From: Acidimicrobiales bacterium
GTDB lineage: Bacteria > Actinomycetota > Acidimicrobiia > Acidimicrobiales > Ilumatobacteraceae
Direction: 5' to 3'
DNA length: 64,000 nt
Assembly (NCBI GenBank): GCA_038203385.1
Contig: JBBREA010000001.1
Location: forward strand, 25,196 to 89,195
Below, piece after piece: positions 20,124 through 30,248 of this stretch; the first letter of the stretch is position 1, and every line of letters starts with the position of its first letter. The position numbers and the translations under genes were made by a program. Below the pieces are notes generated by a model. That model was not told the origin of the DNA. It worked only from the letters and a program-made list of their open reading frames with translations, and ran no database searches.

Positions 20124-21326
20124 GTGCTGATCGTGTTGGTGTTCGCCTGCGTGCTGCTTGCGGCGGTCCTGGTGTCAGGCTTGGCAAATCGAACGATCCT
20201 GTCGACCTCGGTGTTGTTCTTGGTCGCAGGGTTCCTGCTGGGCGACGGCGTGCTCGGCGTGGTGCGCGTTTCTGCCGACGACGGAACGGTCAGCCAGCTC
20301 GCCGAGTTGGCGTTGTTCAGCGTGCTGTTCACCGACGGGATGCGTGTCGCTCTCGATCAACTGCGGTCTGCGTGGAGGTTGCCGGGACGCGCGCTCCTGT
20401 TCGGACTTCCGCTGACGTTGGCAACCACGGCCGCGTTCGCGCACTACTTCGGCGGTTTGCCGTGGGCGGAGTCATTTCTGGTCGGTGCCGTGCTTTCCCC
20501 AACCGATCCCGTGTTTGCCGCCGCCATCGTCGGTCGCGAAGAGATCCCGTATCGGCTGAGGAACCTGTTGAATGTCGAGAGCGGGTTGAACGACGGACTG
20601 GCGCTGCCGATCGTGGTCGTGTTGCTCGCCGTGGTCGGACCGGAGTCAGTTCATGCGGCCGGCTTGGGCGGCGAAGTCCTCGCCGGGATCGGTATCGGCA
20701 TCGGGATTCCGTTCGTCGCGATCCGTCTGGAGCGTTCGCGACACTTCGCCGCGACAGCAGCGTACGAACCGTTGAACGCGTTCGCCATCGGCCTGCTCGT
20801 GCTCGGTGTGTCATCGCTCTCTCATGCGAACGCATTCCTCGCAGCATTCTCAGCCGGGGTAACCGTGGCGACGATGAGTCCCGCCATCCGCAACGCGTTC
20901 CATCAATTCGGAGAGCTCATTGCAGAACTGTTGAAACTCGCGGCACTGCTGGTGTTCGGTGCCCTGATCTCCCCGTACTTCCTCGCCGAGATCCCACTGA
21001 CCGGTTACGTCTTTGCCGCACTTGCACTGTTCGTCGCCCGCCCAGCATCCCTCGCGGTCGCGTTGATCGGCAGCACCCTGCACGTCCGAGAACGGATTGC
21101 CGCCGCATGGTTCGGTCCCAAGGGCTTCGCCTCCGTGGTCTACGGGCTCTTGATCCTTCGCTCAGGCGTCGCTCAGCGAAGCGAGCTGTTCCACCTCGTC
21201 GCACTCGTGGTCGTCGCCTCGATCATCGCTCACTCGTCAACAGACGTGGTGATCGCTCGCTGGTTCGAACCTGACCGCGTCGACACAACGTCAACACCAC
21301 CTCCCCACGAGGCACCCCCGGTGTGA
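20124..21326 (+). CDS. Cation:proton antiporter (NhaP/CPA1 type)
   Basis: LSPTDPV, ESGLNDGLA, WFGPKG. Confidence 0.9.
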   Translation: MLIVLVFACVLLAAVLVSGLANRTILSTSVLFLVAGFLLGDGVLGVVRVSADDGTVSQLAELALFSVLFTDGMRVALDQLRSAWRLPGRALLFGLPLTLATTAAFAHYFGGLPWAESFLVGAVLSPTDPVFAAAIVGREEIPYRLRNLLNVESGLNDGLALPIVVVLLAVVGPESVHAAGLGGEVLAGIGIGIGIPFVAIRLERSRHFAATAAYEPLNAFAIGLLVLGVSSLSHANAFLAAFSAGVTVATMSPAIRNAFHQFGELIAELLKLAALLVFGALISPYFLAEIPLTGYVFAALALFVARPASLAVALIGSTLHVRERIAAAWFGPKGFASVVYGLLILRSGVAQRSELFHLVALVVVASIIAHSSTDVVIARWFEPDRVDTTSTPPPHEAPPV

Positions 21327-21624
21327 GATCGGCAACGAAGCGCGTTGGCCCACGCCGCTGGCGAACACGAGCCGCCATCATGCCGGTGGTACTCCGTCCC
21401 GGCGTTGGCGGTGGGGACTGCGGCGCGCTCCTGATGGTTTGGTATCCACGACGCATCTCTTCCCGCACTATTGACAACGCTGGACCCGCTCCTACTCGTG
21501 GAGACGCTAGGTCGGCAAGCGACCGGCGCGCAGGCACCGTCACTGATGGCAGCACCCTCTACCAGAGGTGCCTACGTTGAGTCCGCACGCACCGAACGTC
21601 TTGGGCGGTTTCTCAGGGGTCGGC

Positions 21625-22254
21625 TCAGCCCCGGTTGGTCCAGTCGAATTCGTAGTAGATCCAGTTGCTGTTCTGGAACGTCATGCTGATGCCCTCGGCT
21701 TCGACGTTGAAGCTGCCCTGTCCACAGTCGCCCTTCTTCCAGATGAAGCCCTGGTCGAGCACGATCGAGACGCCGTGTGGCTCGTCGGTGACGGGGTTCT
21801 TCAAGGTCGTTCCCTGCGCTTCGCCCACCCCAGGGATCGAGAAGCCGCTGTTGATGCCATCGTCGGTGATGTTGACAGCAGCCCGCACGACGCCCGCCAC
21901 TTCGTATGTCGTGCCGAGGATCTCCCATGGCATTCCACCGAGCTCACCGGTGAAGATCTGGGCCATCGCCCCGAGCTGGTCGTCGGAGACCTCCGGTGGC
22001 ACGACGAAGATCGCCTTGCCACCGCCGTCGTGAATCGCCTTCGGCCAGTCGATGATGGCGACAGCGTCGATCCCGGACAGGTCGAGCTCGCCACAGTGTC
22101 CTTCGCTGATCCGGGTGGCAACGGCGGCCTTGCAGCTGCCGTCGGCAGACGTGGGGAAGCCGGAAAAGTTGCACGTGCAGCCTGGCTGGCAGTTGCAGAA
22201 TTCGTAGCCCTTGCCCTTCAGTCTCCACTCGGTTCTGGTCTCGGTGGTTGTCAT
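21625..22254 (-). CDS. DUF1326 family protein
   Basis: W.L.G..YE.CNC...C.C motif, IFTGELGG. Confidence 0.85.
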   Translation of the reverse strand: MTTTETRTEWRLKGKGYEFCNCQPGCTCNFSGFPTSADGSCKAAVATRISEGHCGELDLSGIDAVAIIDWPKAIHDGGGKAIFVVPPEVSDDQLGAMAQIFTGELGGMPWEILGTTYEVAGVVRAAVNITDDGINSGFSIPGVGEAQGTTLKNPVTDEPHGVSIVLDQGFIWKKGDCGQGSFNVEAEGISMTFQNSNWIYYEFDWTNRG

Positions 22255-22264
22255 GGGTTTCCTT

Positions 22265-23077
22265 TCATGTCAGGTAACTGATTGATTGCGGGTGCAGGAG
22301 GAGCCCTATACCGAGCACAGCGAAGGCTCCCGCTCCCACGGTGGCGAGTCGCTCCCCCCAGGCGGCGTTCTTCTCGAAAAAGATGAGCCCGGCGAGCACC
22401 GCCATCCAGGCCAGGTTCATCGTGCCCATCGCGACCAGCACGGCCATGAGAGCCCAGCAGCACCCAAGGCAGAACAAGCCGTGGGCTGCCCCCATTCTGA
22501 ACGCACCGAGCCGCCGTCTGGCGTTCCCGCCGTGTTCCATGAAAAACGACAACGGTGACCGGCAATGCCGAAGACAGACCGACTTCAGTGATGTGAGCTG
22601 CCAGCCGGCGGCTGCGAGCAGGACGATCGCCGCCAGTCGACCCGCCCAGCTGGTTCCGTTGGCGAGCGGCTCGTCGAGCACTCGCCAAACGAAGTAGGAG
22701 GGAACACCCATGAGACCCCAGATCACCAGATATGCGGCGACGAAGAAGGGCAGCGGGGCCACCCGGCCACGTGTTGCGGCCAGCGCATACAACCGAACGA
22801 CTGGCGAGATCGCCGGGAACATCATGGCTGCCATCATCGCCACCCAGGCGACTAGGAAGGCTAGGAACGTGACCGAGTGCCCAGCCATCGCAGTCCCGCC
22901 CATATCAGCCATCGAGTCCATGGCACCTGGGGCCATCCCGCTCATCTCGCCCGCCATCCGCGCGCTCCACCACCAGCCGACGAGAGCGAGCACCACCAAA
23001 CACCCTGGGACGGCGAAACGCGCGCGTTTTGCCCACAGCGCACCGCTGGCCGCAATGTTGGCGCGATCCACAGTCAT
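22265..23077 (-). CDS. DUF2182 predicted metal-binding integral membrane protein
   Basis: WVAMMAAMMFP, QLTSLKSVCLRHCRSP, CLGCCWALM, FEK. Confidence 0.88.
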   Translation of the reverse strand: MTVDRANIAASGALWAKRARFAVPGCLVVLALVGWWWSARMAGEMSGMAPGAMDSMADMGGTAMAGHSVTFLAFLVAWVAMMAAMMFPAISPVVRLYALAATRGRVAPLPFFVAAYLVIWGLMGVPSYFVWRVLDEPLANGTSWAGRLAAIVLLAAAGWQLTSLKSVCLRHCRSPLSFFMEHGGNARRRLGAFRMGAAHGLFCLGCCWALMAVLVAMGTMNLAWMAVLAGLIFFEKNAAWGERLATVGAGAFAVLGIGLLLHPQSISYLT

Positions 23078-23237
23078 CTCCGAGCCCCCTCGTCGTCTAG
23101 GAACGTATCACCGTTTGCCCTCCCCGGCGAGGGCGAAGTTGTGGCTGCGCACTCAACACCCGGAGAGGACCCATCACAGTGACGCTCCCGCGGTCTCCCA
23201 TCTAGGTGGCGGTCCAACAGGCGAGAGGCGGGGTCGT

Positions 23238-23861
23238 TCAGTCGAGGATGGTGAGGGTGCCACGCATCACTTCGTTCGAAGAAGGCGCGGGATCTCCGTC
23301 TGCGGTTTCGGCGGTGATGGCCAGTACCGGATACTTGTTGGGGTCGACTGCTGCGGTCATTTCCACGAAAGTTCGCCCAGCGAGATCGGGGTGGAACGTT
23401 CCTGCCGAAATCCGTTTCGGTGCCGATTGCGTGTCGCCTGGAGCGAGGAACCACACCTCGTAGAACTCGCCGGTCGGCAGGATCGGGAAAGCTTCTGAAC
23501 GGATCTCGACGATGCGACCGATGTCCACGCGCCGACCGACGACCTCCACCCGACCGTTCCCGGTCGTGACGATCTCCTGCTCGAATTCAACCACACCCGC
23601 AGACTCGTCACTCGCAGGGCCTTGATCTCGGGCGACCAACACCCCGCCGGCGAATGCTGCTGCGACTGCCGCTGCAGTCGCCAGATGGCGGAGATGACGT
23701 CTTGGTAATGGCGATGGCAATGCTGTCACCGACGGTGTTTGGTCCTGGCGTTGGGCTGCGAGCACGCGAAGCCGCTGGAGATCCTGCTCGCGCGGCTCTG
23801 TCGGCACACCATCCATCAGCGCTGCGCCGAGCAGATCGAGCATCTCGTCGTCAGTTGTCAT
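23238..23861 (-). CDS. Anti-sigma factor (RskA-like)
   Basis: One TM helix, YEVWF...SAGTF...AITAE. Directly downstream of the ECF sigma gene. Confidence 0.8.
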   Translation of the reverse strand: MTTDDEMLDLLGAALMDGVPTEPREQDLQRLRVLAAQRQDQTPSVTALPSPLPRRHLRHLATAAAVAAAFAGGVLVARDQGPASDESAGVVEFEQEIVTTGNGRVEVVGRRVDIGRIVEIRSEAFPILPTGEFYEVWFLAPGDTQSAPKRISAGTFHPDLAGRTFVEMTAAVDPNKYPVLAITAETADGDPAPSSNEVMRGTLTILD

Positions 23862-24408
23862 GATCCACCTCCATCATCACTCTGAGTCGGCCGATTGCGC
23901 GGGCTTGGGCCATGCGAACCGCTCCAGGCTTCTTTCCGAGGACGTGCGCTGCGCCGTCCGACGACAGCCCCGCAACGACTCGGAGTTCGAGGACCTCCTG
24001 CTCGTCCGGCGACAAGCGGGCGAAGGCGGAGCGGACGTGATCGGATTCCTCCCGAGCAACCGTCTGCTCGAGAGGACCATCGGCACGAATCGTGTAGTCA
24101 AAGGCGAACGAACGGTCACGTCGAGTGCGCCGTTCCGTCCGATACCCCTCGAGGACCACGTTTCGCAGGATCCCAAACAACCACGCGTCGAATCCGGCGC
24201 CATCCCACGTGTACCGGTCGATTTTCTCCAACGCTCTCACCATCGTTTCACTCACTGCGTCCTCCGCGGCGTCCACCGACGAGGTTCGCCGACGCGCAAA
24301 CGCAAACAGCCGACCGTGCGACTGCCGGAAGATCGTCTCCCAAGCGTCCGGATCGCACACCGCCGCCCGTTTGACGAGTTCCTGCAAATCATCGTCCTCG
24401 AACAACAC
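23851..24408 (-). CDS. ECF RNA polymerase sigma factor
   Basis: AEDAVSET, WLFGILRN, LSPDEQEVLEL, AVRMAQARA. Confidence 0.9.
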   Translation of the reverse strand: MLFEDDDLQELVKRAAVCDPDAWETIFRQSHGRLFAFARRRTSSVDAAEDAVSETMVRALEKIDRYTWDGAGFDAWLFGILRNVVLEGYRTERRTRRDRSFAFDYTIRADGPLEQTVAREESDHVRSAFARLSPDEQEVLELRVVAGLSSDGAAHVLGKKPGAVRMAQARAIGRLRVMMEVDHDN

Positions 24409-24436
24409 TCACCTTCTTCATCACCATCACCCAGTG

Positions 24437-24463
24437 TTCGTCACCGAAACCATGTCGGGTTGC
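24437..24463 (-). promoter_or_regulatory. Candidate ECF-type autoregulatory promoter
   Basis: Minus strand GCAACC-N17-CGAA about 30 nt upstream of the ECF sigma start. Confidence 0.35.
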
Positions 24464-25001
24464 GACGCATCTCAAACGACCGCCGTGGACACTGGCCGCG
24501 GCTGCCGGCGGCGAGCACCTGAAAAGCAATGTTCCAGATATCGAAGGCCTGCGGCGATAAATGTAGCGAGCGACGGTTCGCACCCTGACCAACGCACAAC
24601 ACCTCATCGAATGACCCAACTCGCGGGCACCTCCCTGACAACCCGATGCACGCCCGCACTTGCGCTTCGGTTGAATTCGACCCACCACGACGCTCAACCA
24701 TCGCGACTTCCAGTTTCCAGTGTGGCGTGCCGCAGCAGAGTCGTCGGTGTCGCCGACGACGCACGCAGCGCCAAAACCTGAACGTTCGCAAGTACTGAAG
24801 GCACGCCGTACCCTAACGACGGGCCCGGATTCCTTGCCCCCTCTACCAATTGCGCGACGTGTCAACTCATCACTGCGCGCCAGCAGCGCCGGCGGCTCAT
24901 CCGTGTGGAGCCACCGACGCCGAGGCACCCGTGCGTTGAATCTGAATCTGCTGAAGGACTCACTTGCGCATATCGTGCCCGCGCAAATCCAATGCGTGTG
25001 G

Positions 25002-25295
25002 TCAGGGCTTGTTCTGCTGCCCGGGCGCCCGCTCGGACGGGCTCCCGGTGGCGTCCCGGCAGGCCGATGCGCCACTTGAGCGGGTACCGTCTGCTGCGAC
25101 GTGAGGACCGGGGTTGCCGCCCTCGGGAGTACCCCCATGAGCGTTCTCCTCGGCGACGTGGTCGTTGCCGAAATACGAGAAGCCAGGTGTACCACCCTCG
25201 ACGCAGTGAGCTGCGGACGCAGTTCCTGCCTGGGTGAAGGCTAGGCCTGCGACCGCTGCGGTGGCGGCGACGGCCAAACGGATTTTACGGTTCAT
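25002..25295 (-). CDS. Small secreted Gly/His-rich hypothetical protein
   Basis: Signal peptide MNRKIRLAVAATAAVAGLAFTQAGTASA, aaggag RBS. Confidence 0.7.
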   Translation of the reverse strand: MNRKIRLAVAATAAVAGLAFTQAGTASAAHCVEGGTPGFSYFGNDHVAEENAHGGTPEGGNPGPHVAADGTRSSGASACRDATGSPSERAPGQQNKP

Positions 25296-25780
25296 GTCGA
25301 ACACTCCTTGTTGGAACAAACTCTGGCGGCGACTTGCCACCTCATGTTCATGACCTTCACGAACTCCTTGTCACAAAGAATCGAAAGACGGGCATCCTTG
25401 GATCGTTTGGTACGCAGTGACGTGGCGAACAAGAACTCGGTCGCGGCGGGAGGCATCGACAGCGGCTGCCTCGCGACGTGGACTCATGCCCGAACGTCTC
25501 TCACATCGACGCTCCGCGCGACGTCGGCCATGATGAAGCGGACGTCCGAAGCTGAGCAACACGTGCCCAGTGTCTGGCTGACTTCGCCGCGTTCCACTCG
25601 GGGACGGTGTTCACGTCTATACCTCCCGGGGTATGATGAAGCATCATCTGCGAGGAGACGCGTTCATGACGAAATGCCAGCAAGGGCTAAACGATGTCGC
25701 TTGGAGTTCGATCGCCGGATGTTCGCGGCATCGGCCGCTCGCGTCGAAGGTCGAGTTCGCATCGTGGGCGGCCGTTCGTG

Positions 25781-27157
25781 ATGCCTGAGATTGTCACGAT
25801 CGAGACCAAGTCGCTGGGCGACCGGAGCTACCTGGTGAGCGACGGCGAGGTGGCTGCCGTCATTGATCCCCAGCGCGACATCGACCGTGTGCTGGCCGTC
25901 GTAGAGCGCCTCGGTGTTCGGATCACTCACGTGTTCGAGACACATGTCCACAACGATTACGTGACCGGCGGGCTCGCGCTGGCCCGAGCAGTCGGGGCCG
26001 CCTACGTGTTGTCAGCTGCCGAGCACGTCGACTTCGATCATGTTGGCGTCGAGGACGACGACGAGATCCCCGTCGGGTGTTTCGTCGTTCGCGCTGTGCA
26101 CACGCCGGGGCACACACCGCATCACATGTCCTATGTGATCAGCGAGGCCGGACGTCCCTGCGCGGTGTTCACCGGCGGATCGATGTTGTATGGCACCGTC
26201 GGGCGTACTGATCTGATCGCCGATGAACAGACCGAGGAGCTGACGAGGGCGCAGTTCCGCTCGGTGCGGCGACTCGCAGCGGAGTTGCCTGACGATGTCG
26301 CGGTTCAACCGACCCACGGATTCGGCAGCTTCTGCTCGTCGACCGAGTCAAGTGGTACCGACGAGAGCACTATTGCCGTCGAGCGAACGACCAACGTCGC
26401 GCTCACCGTCGACGACGAAGACCGCTTCGTCGACACGCTGATGTCGGGCCTCACCGCCTACCCGCGCTACTACACCCACATGGGGCCCCGCAACCGGCAA
26501 GGCCCAACGGCGTCCGACCTGTCACCACCGACGCCGGTCGATCCGGTCGAGTTGCGCCGCCGCATCCACGCCGGCGACTGGGTAATCGACCTCCGCACTC
26601 GACAGGCATTCGCCCACTCCCACCTGGCCGGTACCATCAATGTCGCCCTGGACGACAAGTTCATCACCTACCTCGGCTGGACGATCCCCTGGGGCACACC
26701 GGTCACGCTGGTCGGCGACACAGCCGACGAGGTCGCAGTTGCGCAGCGCGACCTGGCCCGGATCGGAATCGACCGACCCACCGGAGCGGCGACCGGCGGC
26801 GTCCACGAGTGGGCAGCGGGCGGGGAGTTGCGTTCATATCGGAGGGCGACATTCGTCGAGCTGGCCCAAGAGATCGACCGCAAGGAGGTCGTGGTCCTTG
26901 ACGTCCGCCGCGGCGACGAGTGGTCCACAGGCCATCTCAGCGGAGCCGTTCACGTGCCACTCGATCGGCTCGAGGACCGACTGAGCGAGATACCTGACGG
27001 GCAGGTCTGGGTGCATTGCGCATCCGGTTACCGGGCCTCGATCGCCGCCTCGCTCCTCGACCGGGCCGGCCGCCGGGTCGTGCTGATCGACGACGACTGG
27101 ACATCCGTTCAACACCAACCCGGCCTTGCGGTGGCCGGGAAACCGCCGAGTCCGTAA
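25781..27157 (+). CDS. MBL-fold hydrolase with rhodanese domains (persulfide dioxygenase-sulfurtransferase-like)
   Basis: ETHVHNDY, HTPGHTPHH, PTHGFGSFC, C-terminal rhodanese HCASGYRA. Confidence 0.9.
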   Translation: MPEIVTIETKSLGDRSYLVSDGEVAAVIDPQRDIDRVLAVVERLGVRITHVFETHVHNDYVTGGLALARAVGAAYVLSAAEHVDFDHVGVEDDDEIPVGCFVVRAVHTPGHTPHHMSYVISEAGRPCAVFTGGSMLYGTVGRTDLIADEQTEELTRAQFRSVRRLAAELPDDVAVQPTHGFGSFCSSTESSGTDESTIAVERTTNVALTVDDEDRFVDTLMSGLTAYPRYYTHMGPRNRQGPTASDLSPPTPVDPVELRRRIHAGDWVIDLRTRQAFAHSHLAGTINVALDDKFITYLGWTIPWGTPVTLVGDTADEVAVAQRDLARIGIDRPTGAATGGVHEWAAGGELRSYRRATFVELAQEIDRKEVVVLDVRRGDEWSTGHLSGAVHVPLDRLEDRLSEIPDGQVWVHCASGYRASIAASLLDRAGRRVVLIDDDWTSVQHQPGLAVAGKPPSP

Positions 27158-27178
27158 CATCAACAAGGAGTATCAACC

Positions 27179-27574
27179 ATGGAATACGCATTGAGCATCG
27201 ACCTGGATCTTCCCCACGGGGAAGCCGTCGTCAAGGTCAAAGAAGCGTTCGCGGCGCAGGGTTTCGGCATACTCACCGAAATCGACGTACAGGCCACACT
27301 CAAGACCAAGACCGGTGTCGATATCGAGCCGTATCTGATCCTCGGCGCCTGCAACCCCCAACTCGCCCAGCAGGCCCTCGAAATCGAACGCCAAATCGGC
27401 CTGCTACTTCCCTGCAACGTCGTCGTGCGCACCGGCGACGGGTGCACGATCGTCGAAGCCCTCGACGCCAAGGTCATCTCGGAAATCCCAGACCGCGACG
27501 AACTCGTACCAGTCGCCCAAGAAGCTGGTCGACTGATCCGCGCCGCGCTCGACAGCCTCACGCAACAGCCGTGA
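27179..27574 (+). CDS. DUF302 domain protein
   Basis: GFGILTEID, ILGACNP, LLLPCNVVV. Confidence 0.9.
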   Translation: MEYALSIDLDLPHGEAVVKVKEAFAAQGFGILTEIDVQATLKTKTGVDIEPYLILGACNPQLAQQALEIERQIGLLLPCNVVVRTGDGCTIVEALDAKVISEIPDRDELVPVAQEAGRLIRAALDSLTQQP

Positions 27575-27844
27575 AGCACGCGCCCTCGAAACTCAAGCGA
27601 ACGCCGGGTCCGGGAACGTCTCGTCTCGAAACCTTCCGCAGAAACGGTCACTGAATCGCGTTGGGCACCGGCCTGGCGCGGTCGTACGCCGTCGGCGCGG
27701 TGCCGCACAACGGGTCGTCGACCCAGCGACGCGATCGTGACCAACAAAGGTGGGCACCAGAGTGCTTACCGTGGCGTGTGCCGCAACGCTCACGGGATTC
27801 TCGGCGGCCCGGTCACGTTCGCGCAGGACGTGACGTCATCCGTG

Positions 27845-28459
27845 TCAGTGCTCGCGCGTGCATGCTGCGATGAAGGCGTCGAGGGCATCGATCGTCGGGG
27901 TGACGCTGATCTCGCCGTTGCTGTTCGAGATGGACAGACCCGGGCTGAACACATTGCGGTCAGCGCAGAAGAAATGTGGCGAACCTTCCACATCGCGGGT
28001 CTGGCCATCCGTCCAATCCTGCAAAACGTCGTCGCGTTGGGACGGACCCGGTGAGCCCAGTCCGAACTCCGTTGCGATGTCGCCGAGTACCGCAGCGTCG
28101 CTCACATCACCGCCGTCGAGGAACAACGCCTTGCGCAACGCAAGGCTGACTTGCTCGCCAACCTCGTCACTGTGGCGATAGGCCAGTGCTGCCAGATCGA
28201 GCGCCGGCAGTGTTGTTGACGGGAGCCGCTGCGCATCGAACCCGGCGAACAGTGACGAGTCAACCTGGGCCTGCAAGGCGGCCACTTCGTCAGCGATCTT
28301 TCCTGGGTCGGTCGGTCCATCGTTGACCAGTTCCAACGGCCACGCTCGGGTCCTGATGCGCACGTCTTTGCCGAGCAGGGTTCGCCGGCTCGCCAGCTGG
28401 TGGAGCTGGACGTAGGCGAACGGGCAAGAGATGTCGGCAAACACTTCGATCATCGGCAT
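27845..28459 (-). CDS. DsbA/FrnE-like thioredoxin-fold protein
   Basis: DISCPFAY, GSPHFF. Confidence 0.85.
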   Translation of the reverse strand: MPMIEVFADISCPFAYVQLHQLASRRTLLGKDVRIRTRAWPLELVNDGPTDPGKIADEVAALQAQVDSSLFAGFDAQRLPSTTLPALDLAALAYRHSDEVGEQVSLALRKALFLDGGDVSDAAVLGDIATEFGLGSPGPSQRDDVLQDWTDGQTRDVEGSPHFFCADRNVFSPGLSISNSNGEISVTPTIDALDAFIAACTREH

Positions 28460-28753
28460 CCCCAGGACGTTAACCCGTCACCCGCTTTGCCAATGAAGCC
28501 GTGAACGAACGCGGGGCGATGGGTTGCACTCTCGCCTGGCCGTGTGACGGCGAATATCGTGAGCGAACGTGCGCCACGATACGAATCGGGGTCCGCCTCG
28601 GCGCACTTGAGTTCCTCCTGACGAACGCAGTCGTGTCGTGGTGACTGGGTGTGATCGTCAAGACGTCAGGTGAGCGACGCGTGCCAACGTTTTCCCAATC
28701 AAAACATCGGGCAGGGGTCTGAACACCTTGAACGACGGCTCTCGGCACATCGG

Positions 28754-28889
28754 CCATGGGCACGCAATGGGCATCTCATGGGCACGAACCACCGAAAACG
28801 CAAGCCAGCGGCCCTTATAGGGCCGCTGACTTGGTGTTTCTTGGAGCGGATGACGAGATTCGAACTCGCGACCCTCACCTTGGCAAGGT
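28754..28889 (-). repeat. att-site copy: 48 bp of tRNA-Gly 3' half (28842-28889), terminator hairpin and ATGGGCAY triple repeat
   Basis: 28792-28889 is identical (98 bp) to 55643-55740. 28754-28886 closely matches 54642-54774. Confidence 0.92.
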
Positions 28890-29489
28890 TGTGGTCACCG
28901 TCCGTACAGTCCGACTACGGCGCTGCAGTACTCCACAGTCCGGAAAACCGTCCGGGAAATCCGTCTGTTCCGTCCAGTTCGTATACCGGTCTACCATCAC
29001 CCCCCGCACAGGCGTCCGGATCCTGACGCCGGCCCGGTTCGTCCTGGACGTCTTGCGACATCACATAGTGACGGGGCGGTGTGTTGAACCGCGACCTTCG
29101 AGTTATGAGTCTGGGGTGCCCTCCGGCATCAGGGCATCAGCGAGGACATTGCATGGTCAAGCCGCTCTGCTCCGTCGAGGAGCATTTCCGCGTCGATCAT
29201 GCTGAGCGACACTCGGCCGGCGGTGCTGTCGGTCCGGTCGGCGTCGAAGTTGCGGCGCTCACTCGTCGACCACGTGTCGACAAGAACTCCCAGCGACCAC
29301 GGCCCCGACGGCCCCGTCGATCAGCTCGGCATCGTGCCGAGCCCTAGACCATCGTGGTCGGACCCGCAAGTGTTCCCCAACAACAAATGACCGTCGTGTC
29401 GCTACGGGCTGAGGCTGCCACGCTGGGCGGATCAGCTGACATTGCCCCGGGGGTCGACAGGTGATGGCGGTGGCTGCGAGAATGGAACC

Positions 29490-30248
29490 ATGAAGCTTGG
29501 GATCGTGGGCAAGGGCGGAGTCGGCAAGACGACGCTGTCGGCGTTGATCGCGGAGGAATTCGTGCGTCGGGGAAAGCGAGTCGTGGCGATCGACACCGAT
29601 TCCAATCCGAACCTCGGCATGTCACTCGGTCTCGAAGCAGGAGAGGTCGATGCGATGCCGGTCGTACCGCGCCGCCTTGCGCTGGGCGCAGACGGCGGGA
29701 TGAGCGGAGCAGAATTCCTCGCCGAATACGGCCGGCCCACGCCGGCGGGAGTCACGCTCGTGTCGGCAATGCGGGTCGACCAAGCGGGCGGCGGTTGAAC
29801 GTGTGGCAACCATGCTGCCGTGCGCAGCATGCTCGACAACCTGATGACTGACGACACCGACATCACGCTCGTGGACATGGAAGCCGGCTTGGAACACCTC
29901 AGCCGCTCCGGCGGAACGCTCGCCTATGCAGACGTGCTGGTCATGGTGATGGAACCAAGCCGCAAGTCCGTGCTCACCGCCGCGCGAACCGCTGCACTGG
30001 CGGACGAGCTCGGGATTCCGCGAACGCTCGCTGTCGGGAACAAGGCTCGCCCGGATGACGAGCAGTTCTTCGCCGACGCGTGCGCCGAGCACGGGGTCGA
30101 GCTCGCGGCGATCGTCCCCCTCGACGATGCGGTCACGACCGCCGATCGCAACGGAATCAGCGTTACGCAAGTGGGGGCGGACGCGGCTCGCCAGGCGGTG
30201 ATCCGGCTCGTCAACCACCTTGAATCACTGGAGGCGACGGTCTCCTAG
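29490..30248 (+). CDS. CooC-like nickel-insertion ATPase, predicted selenoprotein (Sec at codon 103, GGG-U-T-C)
   Basis: GKGGVGKTT, IDTDSNPNL, then in-frame TGA 29796-29798 continuing TCGNHAAV...VDMEAGLEHLSR. The two track ORFs are in the same frame. SECIS-like hairpin follows. Confidence 0.85.
29811..29831 (+). promoter_or_regulatory. Bacterial SECIS-like hairpin
   Basis: CATGCTGC-CGTGC-GCAGCATG: perfect 8-bp stem starting 12 nt after the UGA, with GU in the loop. Confidence 0.75.

Noticed and set aside
24470-25000. Structured ncRNA or gene in the long intergenic stretch
   Set aside because: No recognisable motif, convincing hairpin set or credible ORF.
28460-29489. Integrase or other coding gene beside the att repeat
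   Set aside because: No frame shows tyrosine or serine recombinase motifs. Track ORFs here and at 54572-55810 largely translate the tRNA-derived repeat.
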